Below, piece by piece: positions 51,385 to 61,707 of a stretch of 64,000 nt of DNA. The notes beneath the pieces were generated by a model. It ran no database searches, was not told where the DNA came from, and saw only the letters and a list, made by a program, of their open reading frames with translations. Position 1 is the stretch's first letter; each line of letters begins with the position of its first letter. A program made the position numbers and the translations under genes. The DNA lies in the NCBI GenBank assembly GCA_044507735.1, contig JBIQJB010000009.1, positions 1 to 64,000 of the forward strand, given 5' to 3'. Origin of the DNA: Nitrosopumilales archaeon (GTDB lineage: Archaea; Thermoproteota; Nitrososphaeria; Nitrososphaerales; Nitrososphaeraceae).

Positions 51385-52482
51385 ATGAATGTATCGGAAG
51401 TAATGGTAAGAGATGTTATTACACTTACGTCAGAAGACACCGTGGCCCGGGCCCTAAACATGATGGCCGACAAGTCGATTAACCAGATACCTGTCGTTGA
51501 CGACGATGGCAAGTACCTTGGTATGATATTTGCAAAGCAACTTTTGAATTCCAGCGCGCAGCCTTCTTCGAAAGTAAAGAGCTACATTGTCAACACATCG
51601 GCGATAAGTCCCGACAAGGGAATTGAAAATGCTGCCAAGCTGGTCATTGGCAGCGGAAACAGGGCCCTGCCGGTGGTGGAAAAGGGCAAACTTGTCGGCA
51701 TCATCAGCGAGACCGACCTTGTTTTGACTGCCGACTTTGGGCACGCCATAGTGGACGAGGTCATGTCAGGCGCCATCGTAATCGAAGAGGATACTCCGCT
51801 TTCTGACGCCATGGCGAAGATACGCCGATACAACATCTCTCGCCTGCCTGTGATAAACACAAAGGGTGTTCTCAGGGGAACGCTCAGCATCCTTGATATT
51901 GGTAGAATAGTTGCGACACCCCGGGAACGCACCAGCAAGTCAGCAGCAATTTCTGGCATGACGGCAGCGATAAGAGATGTCAAGGTAAAGGATATCATGA
52001 GAAGGGCAGCATCAGTCGAGCCGGGCACAAAGCTCAACTCGATATTGGATCACTTCAGGCGCAGCGAAGAAGTGATTGTGACAGGCGACGACAGGCCTAT
52101 GGGCATCGTGACGCCAAAGGACGCACTTGAACTCATGCTCCCGAAAAAGAACGCAGCTCCTATGATACACATGGCACACCTCGACGACGAGCATGACAGG
52201 ACAGAGATTCAGGATCAGCTGGACCGCTTTTTCAGAAAGATACACGGCAAGCTTGGTGACGTGCGTTCGGTGGTTGTATATGCGGACAAACACAAGACCC
52301 GCAAGTATTCGCTCAGGACAAGAGTCATCACATCAAAGGGCGTCATTGCGGCCAAGGCAGTGGGCTACGACCCGATCAGCGCGTCAAAAGAGCTCATCGC
52401 CAGGCTTGACCGAAGGATAAAGGCGGAGCACAGCCAGCGGGTAAAGGACAAGAAGCACCGCGAGACTCCTAGAAGAGTTTAA
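51385..52482 (+). CDS. 4xCBS plus C-terminal HPF/RaiA-like domain (archaeal Hib-type ribosome hibernation factor-like)
   Basis: Four CBS repeats, then a beta-alpha-beta-beta-beta-alpha segment (..LDRFFRKI..RKYSLRTRVITSKGVIAAKAVGYDPISASKELIARLDRRI). Confidence 0.8.
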   Translation: MNVSEVMVRDVITLTSEDTVARALNMMADKSINQIPVVDDDGKYLGMIFAKQLLNSSAQPSSKVKSYIVNTSAISPDKGIENAAKLVIGSGNRALPVVEKGKLVGIISETDLVLTADFGHAIVDEVMSGAIVIEEDTPLSDAMAKIRRYNISRLPVINTKGVLRGTLSILDIGRIVATPRERTSKSAAISGMTAAIRDVKVKDIMRRAASVEPGTKLNSILDHFRRSEEVIVTGDDRPMGIVTPKDALELMLPKKNAAPMIHMAHLDDEHDRTEIQDQLDRFFRKIHGKLGDVRSVVVYADKHKTRKYSLRTRVITSKGVIAAKAVGYDPISASKELIARLDRRIKAEHSQRVKDKKHRETPRRV

Positions 52483-52484
52483 GG

Positions 52485-52610
52485 CGCGGATGAGGAGATT
52501 CGAACTCCTGATCGCCCGAAGGCGAATCGGCTCTCAAGGCCGACGCATTATTGTGTTCCCCTCCCTTTCAATCACTGAAAAGAAGGAGAAGACCACTCTG
52601 CCACATCCGC
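52485..52610 (-). tRNA. tRNA-Ser(UGA) with a 40-nt intron in the D-loop (52551-52590)
   Basis: Acceptor GCGGATG/CATCCGC plus G73. Anticodon arm TCGGC-CTTGAGA-GCCGA. Long variable arm. T arm AGGAG-TTCGAAT-CTCCT. Removing the insert restores GGTC|TAATGC. Confidence 0.93.
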
Positions 52611-52736
52611 ACAGCCACCTTCTCTTGCTTTCTTATTATTATATGTTAATTACTTCTTTCGTTGCATGACAACCCGCAAACAGAAACCTGTTTCAGATAG
52701 CTTCGCGACCGATTTTTATATCTGAGATGCGAATGA

Positions 52737-53024
52737 ATGTTGATTGCCGTGAAAGGCGAACAGAAGTTAAAGTCAATTTCTGTGCTTGTCCCGTTAGAGA
52801 GAGTGCAGGCTAGCCTTTCTGAAATCGGGTTTCTGCTTGACGACACGGTCACCATTGTCGCCGATGGAAAATTCTGGAGCAAGATGCTCTATGTCAGGGG
52901 CGACGAAACTATCAGCGTTTCTGAAGAGATAGGCGACGCCTATCCAAAGGATCCAATAATAACCATCTGCGGTTCAAGAACGACGATCTCAAAGGTAGTC
53001 AAGGACGTAGTCGGTGGAGAATAG
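52737..53024 (+). CDS. Hypothetical protein
   Basis: 95 aa ORF ending 6 bp before the next gene. Confidence 0.6.
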   Translation: MLIAVKGEQKLKSISVLVPLERVQASLSEIGFLLDDTVTIVADGKFWSKMLYVRGDETISVSEEIGDAYPKDPIITICGSRTTISKVVKDVVGGE

Positions 53025-53030
53025 CAGAAT

Positions 53031-53585
53031 ATGCCATTATACGAGTGCAACGAGCACCAGTTTGTCGAGAACATCCGGCGCCTGCTCGAGTCAAAGGAAA
53101 AATTCGTTGTCAATCGCAAAATAGTCCTGCACGACGACGCCAAGTACGGCCCGGCCACCATGCCTGATCCGGAATTCAAGCGGTACGAAGTGCTTTGCAC
53201 GAGGAAATCTGTCAATTCGACAGTCTATGCAAAGGTACCCTTTATCGATAGCTTTCACGGTGGTAGAATGTACGACGAAGGTGAGAACCTGCACGCCGCA
53301 AGCGCCCTGATGTTCCCAAGGATGTCCGTGCCCTATTATAGAGTAGAATACTCTGTCAACGTTTGGGGTGGAACCTACTTTTTTGCATTTGACGCATTAT
53401 TCAATCCTGAAATAGTGATTGAAAAGAGGACCGGCAGGAGACTGGGCAAGTCTGGGTCGCTTGTGCACGTCCTCCGCTACAATCCCCCGGAAGAGCGAGT
53501 GCTGTCAATAAACCTGCCAAAAGAAGTCATGGTCTTTGACGTCAAGCACATGGTAAGGGTTATCGATCATTCTTCAAACTTTTAG
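53031..53585 (+). CDS. Hypothetical protein
   Basis: Clean 184 aa ORF with host-like codon usage. Confidence 0.8.
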   Translation: MPLYECNEHQFVENIRRLLESKEKFVVNRKIVLHDDAKYGPATMPDPEFKRYEVLCTRKSVNSTVYAKVPFIDSFHGGRMYDEGENLHAASALMFPRMSVPYYRVEYSVNVWGGTYFFAFDALFNPEIVIEKRTGRRLGKSGSLVHVLRYNPPEERVLSINLPKEVMVFDVKHMVRVIDHSSNF

Positions 53586-54155
53586 CAGCATCCACTCGAG
53601 AAATGGCTGAAGCGAGCTCTTGAACGGAAGTGCCTGTCTATCCTTCACGTTAAAGCCTAACAGCAGCATCCTCCCTTCGAGTCTATTCTTGAGCGAAGGC
53701 GGGATCTGCTCTGGCTTGAAAGGCTGGAAGAGCTCAAAAAAGAAACCCTGTCTGTGATATGCGATGTGCTGCGCAAAACAGTCTGACAATATGGCAGGAT
53801 CGCCGGCCACGCGCATGTCGACATCTGTTTGCATGCCACTATCAACCACTATCTGGAGCGATCTTCTCGTATAGTTTTCCCGGGTGAAGCTTGGATCCAT
53901 CTTTTGGGGGTTGGAGGAATAGAGCCGGATGTCCCTTGCTACCTGCTCAACGGTGCTCTTGGCGATGTCAGTTGCTGCCTTTACCTCAGTGCTGTCTGCA
54001 ACACCATAGTCCTTGCCAAATAGGTAGAACGCTGCCATTATCTCTTCTTTTTCTACGAAGGGGAAATCAATCTGGCCTGCCATGAACTGCTTTACCCTGA
54101 AAGAAATGTCGGATGGCATGAAAATGCCCATGTATGAGTCAGAGACGACAGGCAT
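53574..54155 (-). CDS. Hypothetical protein
   Basis: Clean 193 aa ORF, convergent on the previous gene with a 12-bp overlap. Confidence 0.8.
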   Translation of the reverse strand: MPVVSDSYMGIFMPSDISFRVKQFMAGQIDFPFVEKEEIMAAFYLFGKDYGVADSTEVKAATDIAKSTVEQVARDIRLYSSNPQKMDPSFTRENYTRRSLQIVVDSGMQTDVDMRVAGDPAILSDCFAQHIAYHRQGFFFELFQPFKPEQIPPSLKNRLEGRMLLLGFNVKDRQALPFKSSLQPFLEWMLLKV

Positions 54156-55018
54156 TGATTTTCATAGACTAATGCCCACCCATAAATGGTGCGGGATTTT
54201 TTCCTCGCGTTAACTTGTACCTTTTCCCCTAGCATCACAAGAGGTTCGGGCTGGTGATCAATGTGTGCCCCCTGCTGCCGTGGATAGCACCCACAGGGCT
54301 TGTTGCATGTGATGTTCAAATGCTGCCGCCGCCATGGCTGCCATTTTTCTTCTACAGTGTCTTGGAAGTGGAACAGACCTTGCATGTCTCACTATGTGAC
54401 AGAAGGCGAAGCCCCAGATCGCTTCCCTCCAGACGACGAAGCGGGCACAAGGGCCTGAAGTCTCTGTCAAATCACAGACGGACATCAAAATGGAACAAGG
54501 TCTGAGAGCTAGACCTTGTGTTTGTGTCGGAGATACCACCACATGAAAACAGATGCTGCAATGCCCGCCATGATTCCTCCATAAAAACATCACATTTCCC
54601 ACACTAGGGGCAATTGCAGGATCGCCAATGGATATCGCTACCAACACATCATGATTCACTCTGCAATTAATAAGGTCTATGGAGTTCTGGAATGTTATTT
54701 GGTTGATTTTGATGCGCCAACGAATCTGACTGCCATTCTGGAATCCAACAATGTGTAGCTTGGCAACCCTAGTTCCTCTTCAACGAAGTCTTGAATAGAA
54801 GAGGGTCTTCCGAACAGTGGATGATGAGCTTTCAGGCCTTCGTCGTGATTCTGTTGCGTCCTTTCTGTTCCCTGCGACTCTAAACAATTTGCACGACTTT
54901 GGAGAGGCAGATGTGGTTATCTGCATTTTACATGTGGGTTCCTTGCTATAGCGATTTGACTGCCGGGTGTATGATCCCTTCTAAACTCTTTTATTGGCTT
55001 TTGCAGCTTTTCCCATTT

Positions 55019-56200
55019 GTGAGACTAGTCATCTATACCGGCAAGGGGGGTACTGGCAAGACTGTTACTTCTTGTGCTACTGCAATCAAGATGGCAGAGC
55101 GCGGCTACAATACTCTTGTTCTTTCGGCCGACCCTGCGCACACCCTGAGCGACGCCTTTATGATGAAGGAAGTCGGCAACGAGCCGACGCAGGTGGCGCC
55201 CAACCTCACTGCGCTCCAGATAGACCCGGTGAGCGAAATGAGCAAGCAATACGACCCTATCCTGTCGTATATGGCAGCGATATTCTCCGCAAAAGGCATC
55301 GACGAAACGCTAGCTTATGAGATCGCGATGCTGCCTGGCATGACACAGCTGTTTTCTCTGCTGAAGATACAGGAAGTCGGGCGATCAAAAGCATATGACT
55401 GCGTTGTACTGGACATGCCTGCTTCGGGAGAAGCATTGCGCTATCTGTATTTCCCAAAGCTGGTCGGCAGCATAGGCCGCAAGCTGACTGGTCTTGCAGG
55501 CCTCTTTAGCGGCTTTGCCAAGGTATTCCAGCCGGTGGCCAAAATACCTGCGCCAGGCAAGGATGTAATAAAGAGCGAGATGGATTTTCTCGATAGGCTT
55601 GACGAGCTTGCCAAGATAATCAGGAATAACGACATTACGAGCATCAGGCTTGTAGCAAACCCGGACACTTTCAGCATAGAGAACGCCAAGAGGGCGCTCA
55701 TGTCCGCCAGCCTTTATGGCATTAACGTCGACATGGCGGTGATAAACAAGATAATGGCCAGCTCACAAGATGAGTATTATGCCAACTGGGCTCGCTACCA
55801 GAAGGACAAGGTGGAAGAGGCAAAGGCAAACTTTTACCCGCTGCCCGTAAAGGAGGTGCAGCTGTACAACACCGAGCTGCGCGGCATAGACATGCTTCGT
55901 AGGCACGGCGACGTGCTATTTGGAAGCGACGGCGACCCTGCCACTATATTCTACCGCGGCAAGCCATACAGCTTTGAAAGCGCGGACAACACAATCAACA
56001 TGAGCGTGCAAGTGCCGTTCACCGAGAAGGATGACTTTTCAATCGAGCGCTATGGTGACCAGCTGACGCTGAGCGTCAAGACCGCAGCCGGGCAGATAGT
56101 GAACATCATACCCCTGCCAATCGCCACCGCGGGAATGAAGCTCGCCCGAGCAAAACTGATGAACCATGAACTGAACGTGATTTTCGAGAAAAAGTCCTAG
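55019..56200 (+). CDS. ArsA/GET3(TRC40)-family ATPase with C-terminal HSP20-like domain
   Basis: YTGKGGTGKT, SADPAHTLSD, LPGM and LDMPASG motifs. GTG start at 55019. Confidence 0.9.
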   Translation: MRLVIYTGKGGTGKTVTSCATAIKMAERGYNTLVLSADPAHTLSDAFMMKEVGNEPTQVAPNLTALQIDPVSEMSKQYDPILSYMAAIFSAKGIDETLAYEIAMLPGMTQLFSLLKIQEVGRSKAYDCVVLDMPASGEALRYLYFPKLVGSIGRKLTGLAGLFSGFAKVFQPVAKIPAPGKDVIKSEMDFLDRLDELAKIIRNNDITSIRLVANPDTFSIENAKRALMSASLYGINVDMAVINKIMASSQDEYYANWARYQKDKVEEAKANFYPLPVKEVQLYNTELRGIDMLRRHGDVLFGSDGDPATIFYRGKPYSFESADNTINMSVQVPFTEKDDFSIERYGDQLTLSVKTAAGQIVNIIPLPIATAGMKLARAKLMNHELNVIFEKKS

Positions 56201-56334
56201 AAAGTGATGCGCCGGTCAGACTTTTTCTTCTTCCTTTCGTCAAGCTGCCATTTTGTTACGAGTATGATGCCAAAGATCGGAAAGCTGGCGATGAAAGCGT
56301 AGGGAAAGACCGCCAGAAACGCGGAAGGCTCCAT
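56197..56334 (-). CDS. 45-aa single-TM microprotein (not in ORF track)
   Basis: MEPSAFLAVFPYAFIASFPIFGIILVTKWQLDERKKKKSDRRITF*. TATA-like TTTAATAA about 30 bp upstream. Confidence 0.55.
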   Translation of the reverse strand: MEPSAFLAVFPYAFIASFPIFGIILVTKWQLDERKKKKSDRRITF

Positions 56335-56468
56335 ATCTTATTAGAGCAATCTGAATTCATCATTATTAAACGCTGCAGAACCGGCTTCGACAATGAGCTT
56401 CTCGCGCTACTCGATGTCCAAGAAAAAAGAGTTTATATAATATGGAACTTGATTAATCTCGATAAAGA

Positions 56469-57005
56469 ATGCCAATAGATCCAGACTTTCCAAGGAATCA
56501 TCAGGTGATAGGCAAGATCAAGCACGCTGATGGCGAGCACTTCCACTATAGGTGGGGCCCCGGCAGTGCAAAGGAAGCTGCAGAAAATGAAGAAGTCAAG
56601 GCAGCTTATCAGGCGAGGGGCGAAGAACTGGTCCCACTCGGCGTTAGTGGAACCATGGTCGCTGTCGACTGGGATTCCTGTGTTGCAGACGGCGCATGTA
56701 TTGAAGCCTGTCCAGTGCAAGTATTCCAGTGGTACAGGACAGAGCATGATGTCCCAGCCGCAGAAGCCCACAACCAGACATTTGCCGGAACTGGTAGCTC
56801 TGTCAAGGAAGAGCGCAAGGACTACACCGACAAGGCAGACCCGATCAGGGAACATGACTGCATCTGGTGTATGGCATGCGTGTCTGTTTGTCCACCACAG
56901 GCTATCAAGGTTGACCAGTCAAATCTGGAGTTCCACGAGAAGGCTTCAGGCACGTTCAACGAGGCACTCTCGAAGAGCAGCGCCCCGCCACCTCACGCGC
57001 ACTAA
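56469..57005 (+). CDS. zfx: Zinc-containing-type dicluster ferredoxin
   Basis: MPIDPDF..H..H N-terminal extension, CVADGACIEACP and CIWCMACVSVCP. TTTATATA box at 56432. Confidence 0.9.
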   Translation: MPIDPDFPRNHQVIGKIKHADGEHFHYRWGPGSAKEAAENEEVKAAYQARGEELVPLGVSGTMVAVDWDSCVADGACIEACPVQVFQWYRTEHDVPAAEAHNQTFAGTGSSVKEERKDYTDKADPIREHDCIWCMACVSVCPPQAIKVDQSNLEFHEKASGTFNEALSKSSAPPPHAH

Positions 57006-57726
57006 CTCCTCTCTTTTCTTATTATTTTGTACTTCTTGATCCTTCCGCCTATCAAATACTATCTCTGCTAATTGCAGACAGTGGTCGATTCTCAGCTGTT
57101 GCCGCGATGCCAGCCAGCTCCTGAACATGTTGTCGTGGAATTCTGGAGTCTTGTTTCCCAGTGAAGCGTTTTGCTTGTGCTGTTCTGTCCCTATCTCTCC
57201 TCACCCCACAGTCGTCGTGCAGAGATTGCTTGCGCCCCGCCATCCTCATCTATTTGCCATGTTGTATTGGCACTGACCTTGCGAACATTTCCGGTTGCCT
57301 CTGTGCAAGAAAGAATGGAAAGCATAGGCATTGTCTGCCCAACCCTGCACGCATACATTCAGTTGCAACCAGCACTATCCTGGACTCCGATTTTGGCAGC
57401 TGTGTGGGTATCTGCAGCCTTGCTCTTTGACTATTCATCTTTTTCTCTCTCTAAAATTCTACTCGCCAGTTCTCTTCGAAAAGAATCGTCATCAGGGACA
57501 AGACAAAATACGCTATGTTGCCTGACAATGCTGGTCGTTCTGTGAGTACTGCGCACAGTCACAATCCATTTTTCTCTCTCCTGTTTGCCTCAAATATTGT
57601 AGCTGGCCATCTTATGGGATCGTTCACGCTGAAATAGAGAGCCCAAACTTGCTCCTGCAAAGCTGGTTGATAAGATGATGATCTGCTCTACTTACTAGAA
57701 ATAGAAACAAAAAAGAAAAGGGTACG

Positions 57727-58953
57727 TCAGCTGACGTATGCCCGCTCTGCGTGCTGTGTAACGTCCAGCCCGATGTCTTCCTCTTCGTCCTTGACCTTGA
57801 GCCCAATCGTCTTGTCTATTATCTTCATGATGGCGATCGTTCCTCCAAAGCCCAGTACTGCAGATACGGCAACTCCTACCGCCTGGATTGGCAGCTGCAT
57901 CGGGTTTCCATACAGCCATCCGTCTGGACCAGCTGGGTTGATCAGGCTGCTTGCGACCAAGCCTATTGCCAGCGAGCCAACGATGCCTGTAACACCGTGG
58001 ACTGAGCTGACGTCCAGCGCATCGTCGATCTTTAGGTGCTCTTTGAGCAAGAGGATCGCAAAGTACGACGCAAAGCCCAGCACTATGCCCAGGAAGAAGG
58101 CATTCTGGCCGCTTATGAAGCCGGCAGCTGGTGTTATGCCTGCCAGACCGCAGATGGCTCCGTTGATTGCTGCTGTTGTAGATGGCTTGCCTGACCTCTT
58201 CCAAGAGAGCAGTATCCAGACAAACGCGGATGTCGACGCGCCTATTTGCGATGCGAGTATCGCGTTGGCTGCAAGCGCGCCGGATGCGAGGGCACTTCCA
58301 CCGTTAAAGCCGAACCATCCAAGCCACAGAAGGCTTGCACCAAGAACCGCCAGCGGTATGTTGTGCGGCACCATGATGTCCGGTCCAAAGTTCTTTCTCC
58401 TTCCAAGAACTAGAGCTGCTGCCAATGAGGCCATTCCTGCGCTGGTGTGAATCACCATGCCGCCTGCAAAGTCATATACTCCAAATTCTGAAAGCCATCC
58501 ACCGCCCCATATCCAGTGTGCCAGCGGATAGTAGATGAGAAAGCTCCAAGCTATGCTGAACACAAAGAATGCACTCCATTTTACCCTCTCTGCAAATGCT
58601 CCAGTGATCAGAAGTGGCGTAATTGCTGCAAACATCATCTGGAAGGTCGCAAAAGTGACGCCTGGAATGGTAGGAGCTATTTCAAGCGGCTCGTCGATTG
58701 GAACGTTGTTGAAGAACAGGTAGTCCAGCCCTCCAATAAAGCCTCCATTTGACGGTCCGAATGTCAGCGTAAAGCCTGCCACGAACCAGATGGTCGAAAG
58801 TATTGCCACGCCCGAGAACGTCTGCATTATGACCGAGAGCGAGTTCTTGAGTCGCAGAAGACCTGCTTCAAAAAAGCCAAGCGCAGGTATCATCAACAGC
58901 ACAAGACCCGTCGATACAAACATCCATGTAGTATCTCCAGTGTCGATCGGCAT
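57727..58953 (-). CDS. amt: Ammonium transporter (Amt family)
   Basis: FQMMFAAIT, DFAGG.VIH, WFGFNGGS and DDALDV..VHG (twin His) motifs. Confidence 0.97.
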   Translation of the reverse strand: MPIDTGDTTWMFVSTGLVLLMIPALGFFEAGLLRLKNSLSVIMQTFSGVAILSTIWFVAGFTLTFGPSNGGFIGGLDYLFFNNVPIDEPLEIAPTIPGVTFATFQMMFAAITPLLITGAFAERVKWSAFFVFSIAWSFLIYYPLAHWIWGGGWLSEFGVYDFAGGMVIHTSAGMASLAAALVLGRRKNFGPDIMVPHNIPLAVLGASLLWLGWFGFNGGSALASGALAANAILASQIGASTSAFVWILLSWKRSGKPSTTAAINGAICGLAGITPAAGFISGQNAFFLGIVLGFASYFAILLLKEHLKIDDALDVSSVHGVTGIVGSLAIGLVASSLINPAGPDGWLYGNPMQLPIQAVGVAVSAVLGFGGTIAIMKIIDKTIGLKVKDEEEDIGLDVTQHAERAYVS

Positions 58954-59039
58954 TTCCCTTTTGTATTAGGCCGAGATATAGTATAAAAATGTATATGGAA
59001 CTATGATAATAACATAATATCACAATTCTATGTCATGGA

Positions 59040-60191
59040 TTATTTCTCAAGTAACTCCCTGATGCTACTCGCGATGTGCTCTACGTCCGACTCACTAACG
59101 TGCGGGTGGGTCGGTAGCGACAGAACGTGGTCTGCACTCCACTCTGTTGCTGGAAGCCTCGTCCCCGGTGCCATTTGCAAGTAATATGGGGTCATGTGTA
59201 CCGGCGGGTTATAGTAGACTGTCGCACCAATCTGGCCATCTTTGACCAACTTCTCCCTTATTGCGTTCCTGTCGTGGTTATTGTTGTTGAACGCAACCGT
59301 ATAGAGGTACCAGTTGAACTTTTTGTCCGGTGTCTCTTCGGGCAACTTTACTCCGTATTTGCTGGCGGGTTGGAGGAGGAGCCGGCTTAGCATCTCTGCG
59401 TTGCGTCGCCTGATCTGGAGCATCTTGTCGAGCTTTTCCATCTGGACTTTTGCCACTGCGGCACTCAGCTCCGGCAGTCGCAGGTTGAGCCCCAGGACCC
59501 TTGTGTCGTAGCCCTCGACCATGCCGTGGTTCCTTATCATTTTCAGCTTGTCTGCAAGGTCATCACTGTCTGTAGCCACCGCGCCTCCTTCGCCGGCTGT
59601 CAGGACTTTGCTTGCATACATGGAAAAGCATCCCATGGCGCCAAATGTGCCTGTCTGCTTCTTCTTGTATGTCGAGCCCAAGGACTGACAGGCGTCCTCG
59701 ATTATGTCGATGGAGTGTTTTTGGGCAACCTCGGCAATCTCATCCATGTCGGATGGGTGTCCATATAGGTGCACCGGGATCACGACCTTGGATCTCTTGG
59801 TGATCTTTGATTCTAGATCGGATACGTCAATCGTATAATCATCTTTCTTGATGTCTACAAACACCGGCCTACCTCCTGCCGCCACGACAGCGTTGGCCGT
59901 CGCTACGAAGGTGAACGATGGTATGAGTACTTCGTCGCCCTGCTTTATTCCAGCTGCCATAAGCGCAGCTTGCAGCGCGGCGGTTCCTGAGTTGACTGAT
60001 ATGACATGCTTTGCGTTCAAGTAGCTCCTCATCTGCGCCTCGAAATCACGGACCCGCCTGCCTCCATCGCGGGCCGCCGTCGTCAGCGCATTTTCTTCAA
60101 GCACACTTGCCACCTCGCGCTTTTCTTCTTCTCCTATCCACGGTTTGTTAATCGGAATCATTTCATGCGGTACTTGATGCGTGGTCAACAT
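59040..60191 (-). CDS. DegT/DnrJ/EryC1/StrS sugar aminotransferase (start may be 60161)
   Basis: NSGTAAL, FTFVATANA, PVHLYG, EDACQ and SMYASK..GEGG motifs. Confidence 0.93.
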   Translation of the reverse strand: MLTTHQVPHEMIPINKPWIGEEEKREVASVLEENALTTAARDGGRRVRDFEAQMRSYLNAKHVISVNSGTAALQAALMAAGIKQGDEVLIPSFTFVATANAVVAAGGRPVFVDIKKDDYTIDVSDLESKITKRSKVVIPVHLYGHPSDMDEIAEVAQKHSIDIIEDACQSLGSTYKKKQTGTFGAMGCFSMYASKVLTAGEGGAVATDSDDLADKLKMIRNHGMVEGYDTRVLGLNLRLPELSAAVAKVQMEKLDKMLQIRRRNAEMLSRLLLQPASKYGVKLPEETPDKKFNWYLYTVAFNNNNHDRNAIREKLVKDGQIGATVYYNPPVHMTPYYLQMAPGTRLPATEWSADHVLSLPTHPHVSESDVEHIASSIRELLEK

Positions 60192-60471
60192 CTTACCATA
60201 TAGCGTTTTTGCTTATAATGGGTCTCGTTACAGAACTGACTAACATAATGGTTAAGAACGCTGACGGCAGCGATCTAATAATTCGAAAAAGACGAGCTTT
60301 GCGGGTTTAGAACTCGACAAACAACGTGTTTTCTTTGGTGATTGTTGAAAATAGTTCCCAGGATCGGATAGGCAGAGGAGAAAATACCCAGTACTAGAGC
60401 ATTATTCCGGTATGTTTCTATAGATGGAAATTGCACAACGGCTTTTAATTTACAAACCTTCTTCTAGTAAA

Positions 60472-61674
60472 ATGGACAGGAAAAAGGTTCTCATTCTTGG
60501 GATCGACGGGTACATAGGCTGGAGTCTTGCGATGCATCTCGCCACGAGGGGCCACAGGGTAGCCGGAATCGACAATTACTCTCGAAGGAGGAATGTTGCC
60601 AAAGTTGGATCGATATCTGCAACTCCAATCCGGGAAATGGAAGAGAGAATTCATGTTTTCAACTTTACATATCCTGACGCCAAAGGCGGAATCGCCTTCA
60701 AAGAAGTAGACCTTTTGGACTATAGCTTTGTAAAAGACTACATCAAGTGGTTCAGGCCCGACACCGTTGTCCATCTGGGAGAGCAGCCTTCCGCGCCGTT
60801 CAGCATGATCGACAGGGAGCATGCAGTCTATACGCAGCACAATAATGTGATCGGGAATCTCAATCTGCTTTACGCAATCAAGGAAGTTGTTCCTGACTGC
60901 CATCTGCTAAAGCTAGGAACAATGGGAGAATATGGATATGATACCGAGCTTGAAATCCCCGAAGGATTCTTCGAAGTTGAACACAAGGGAAAAAGAGCTA
61001 CAGTTCCATTTCCAAGGATGGCCGGCAGCTGGTACCACTGGAGCAAGGTGCACGACTCTAACAACATAATGTTTGCCTGCAGACTTTGGGGCCTAAGATC
61101 TACAGACGTAATGCAGGGAATAGTTTACGGCACAAGAACAAGCCAAATGGTCTCAGACGAATTGCTGACGAGGTTCGACTTTGACGAATGTTTCGGCACG
61201 GCCATTAACAGATTCTGCGCACAAGCTGTCATTGGACACAAACTAACTCCCTACGGGAAGGGTGGTCAGAAAAGAGGGTACTTGGCACTGACAGACTCTA
61301 TACAGTGCCTTACAATAGCCACCGAGAATCCGCCGGAAAAGGGAGAATACAGGGTATTCAACCAGTTAGACGCGGTCTACAAGATCAACGACCTTGCACT
61401 GACCGTTCAAAAGGTAGCCCGCAGGAAGGGCATGGATGTTGAAATCGAGCCGGTGGACAATCCAAGAGTCGAAAAGGAGGAACATGTATACAAAGTGCAG
61501 GCGGAAAAGCTGAGGAAGCTGGGATTCAAACCAACCAGAGGGTTGGAAGAAGAAGTTGACATCATGCTCGATGATCTAATGCGGTTCAGAAACAGAATTC
61601 TTGCAAAGAAAGAAGTGATAATGCCCAAGGCATACTGGAAACAGGTAAGCCAACCTCCCATGCTTTCACGATAG
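60472..61674 (+). CDS. sqdB: UDP-sulfoquinovose synthase (SqdB/SQD1/Agl3 family)
   Basis: G.DGYIGW, EQPSAPFSMIDR, KLGTMGEYG, GSWYHWSKVHDS, QGIVYG and RFCAQA motifs. Confidence 0.93.
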   Translation: MDRKKVLILGIDGYIGWSLAMHLATRGHRVAGIDNYSRRRNVAKVGSISATPIREMEERIHVFNFTYPDAKGGIAFKEVDLLDYSFVKDYIKWFRPDTVVHLGEQPSAPFSMIDREHAVYTQHNNVIGNLNLLYAIKEVVPDCHLLKLGTMGEYGYDTELEIPEGFFEVEHKGKRATVPFPRMAGSWYHWSKVHDSNNIMFACRLWGLRSTDVMQGIVYGTRTSQMVSDELLTRFDFDECFGTAINRFCAQAVIGHKLTPYGKGGQKRGYLALTDSIQCLTIATENPPEKGEYRVFNQLDAVYKINDLALTVQKVARRKGMDVEIEPVDNPRVEKEEHVYKVQAEKLRKLGFKPTRGLEEEVDIMLDDLMRFRNRILAKKEVIMPKAYWKQVSQPPMLSR

Positions 61675-61707
61675 GTCTGCTAGTGTGCAACAGGGAAGGT
61701 AAATCAA

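Noticed and set aside
54160-54990. ORFs 54254-54505 and 54258-54659, and the N-terminal extension of the ArsA ORF
   Set aside because: No family signal. ArsA homology starts at GTG 55019.
56440-59002. ATATGGAACT shared by the ferredoxin and amt upstream regions
   Set aside because: A 10-mer match is expected by chance many times in 64 kb, and the orientations relative to the genes differ.
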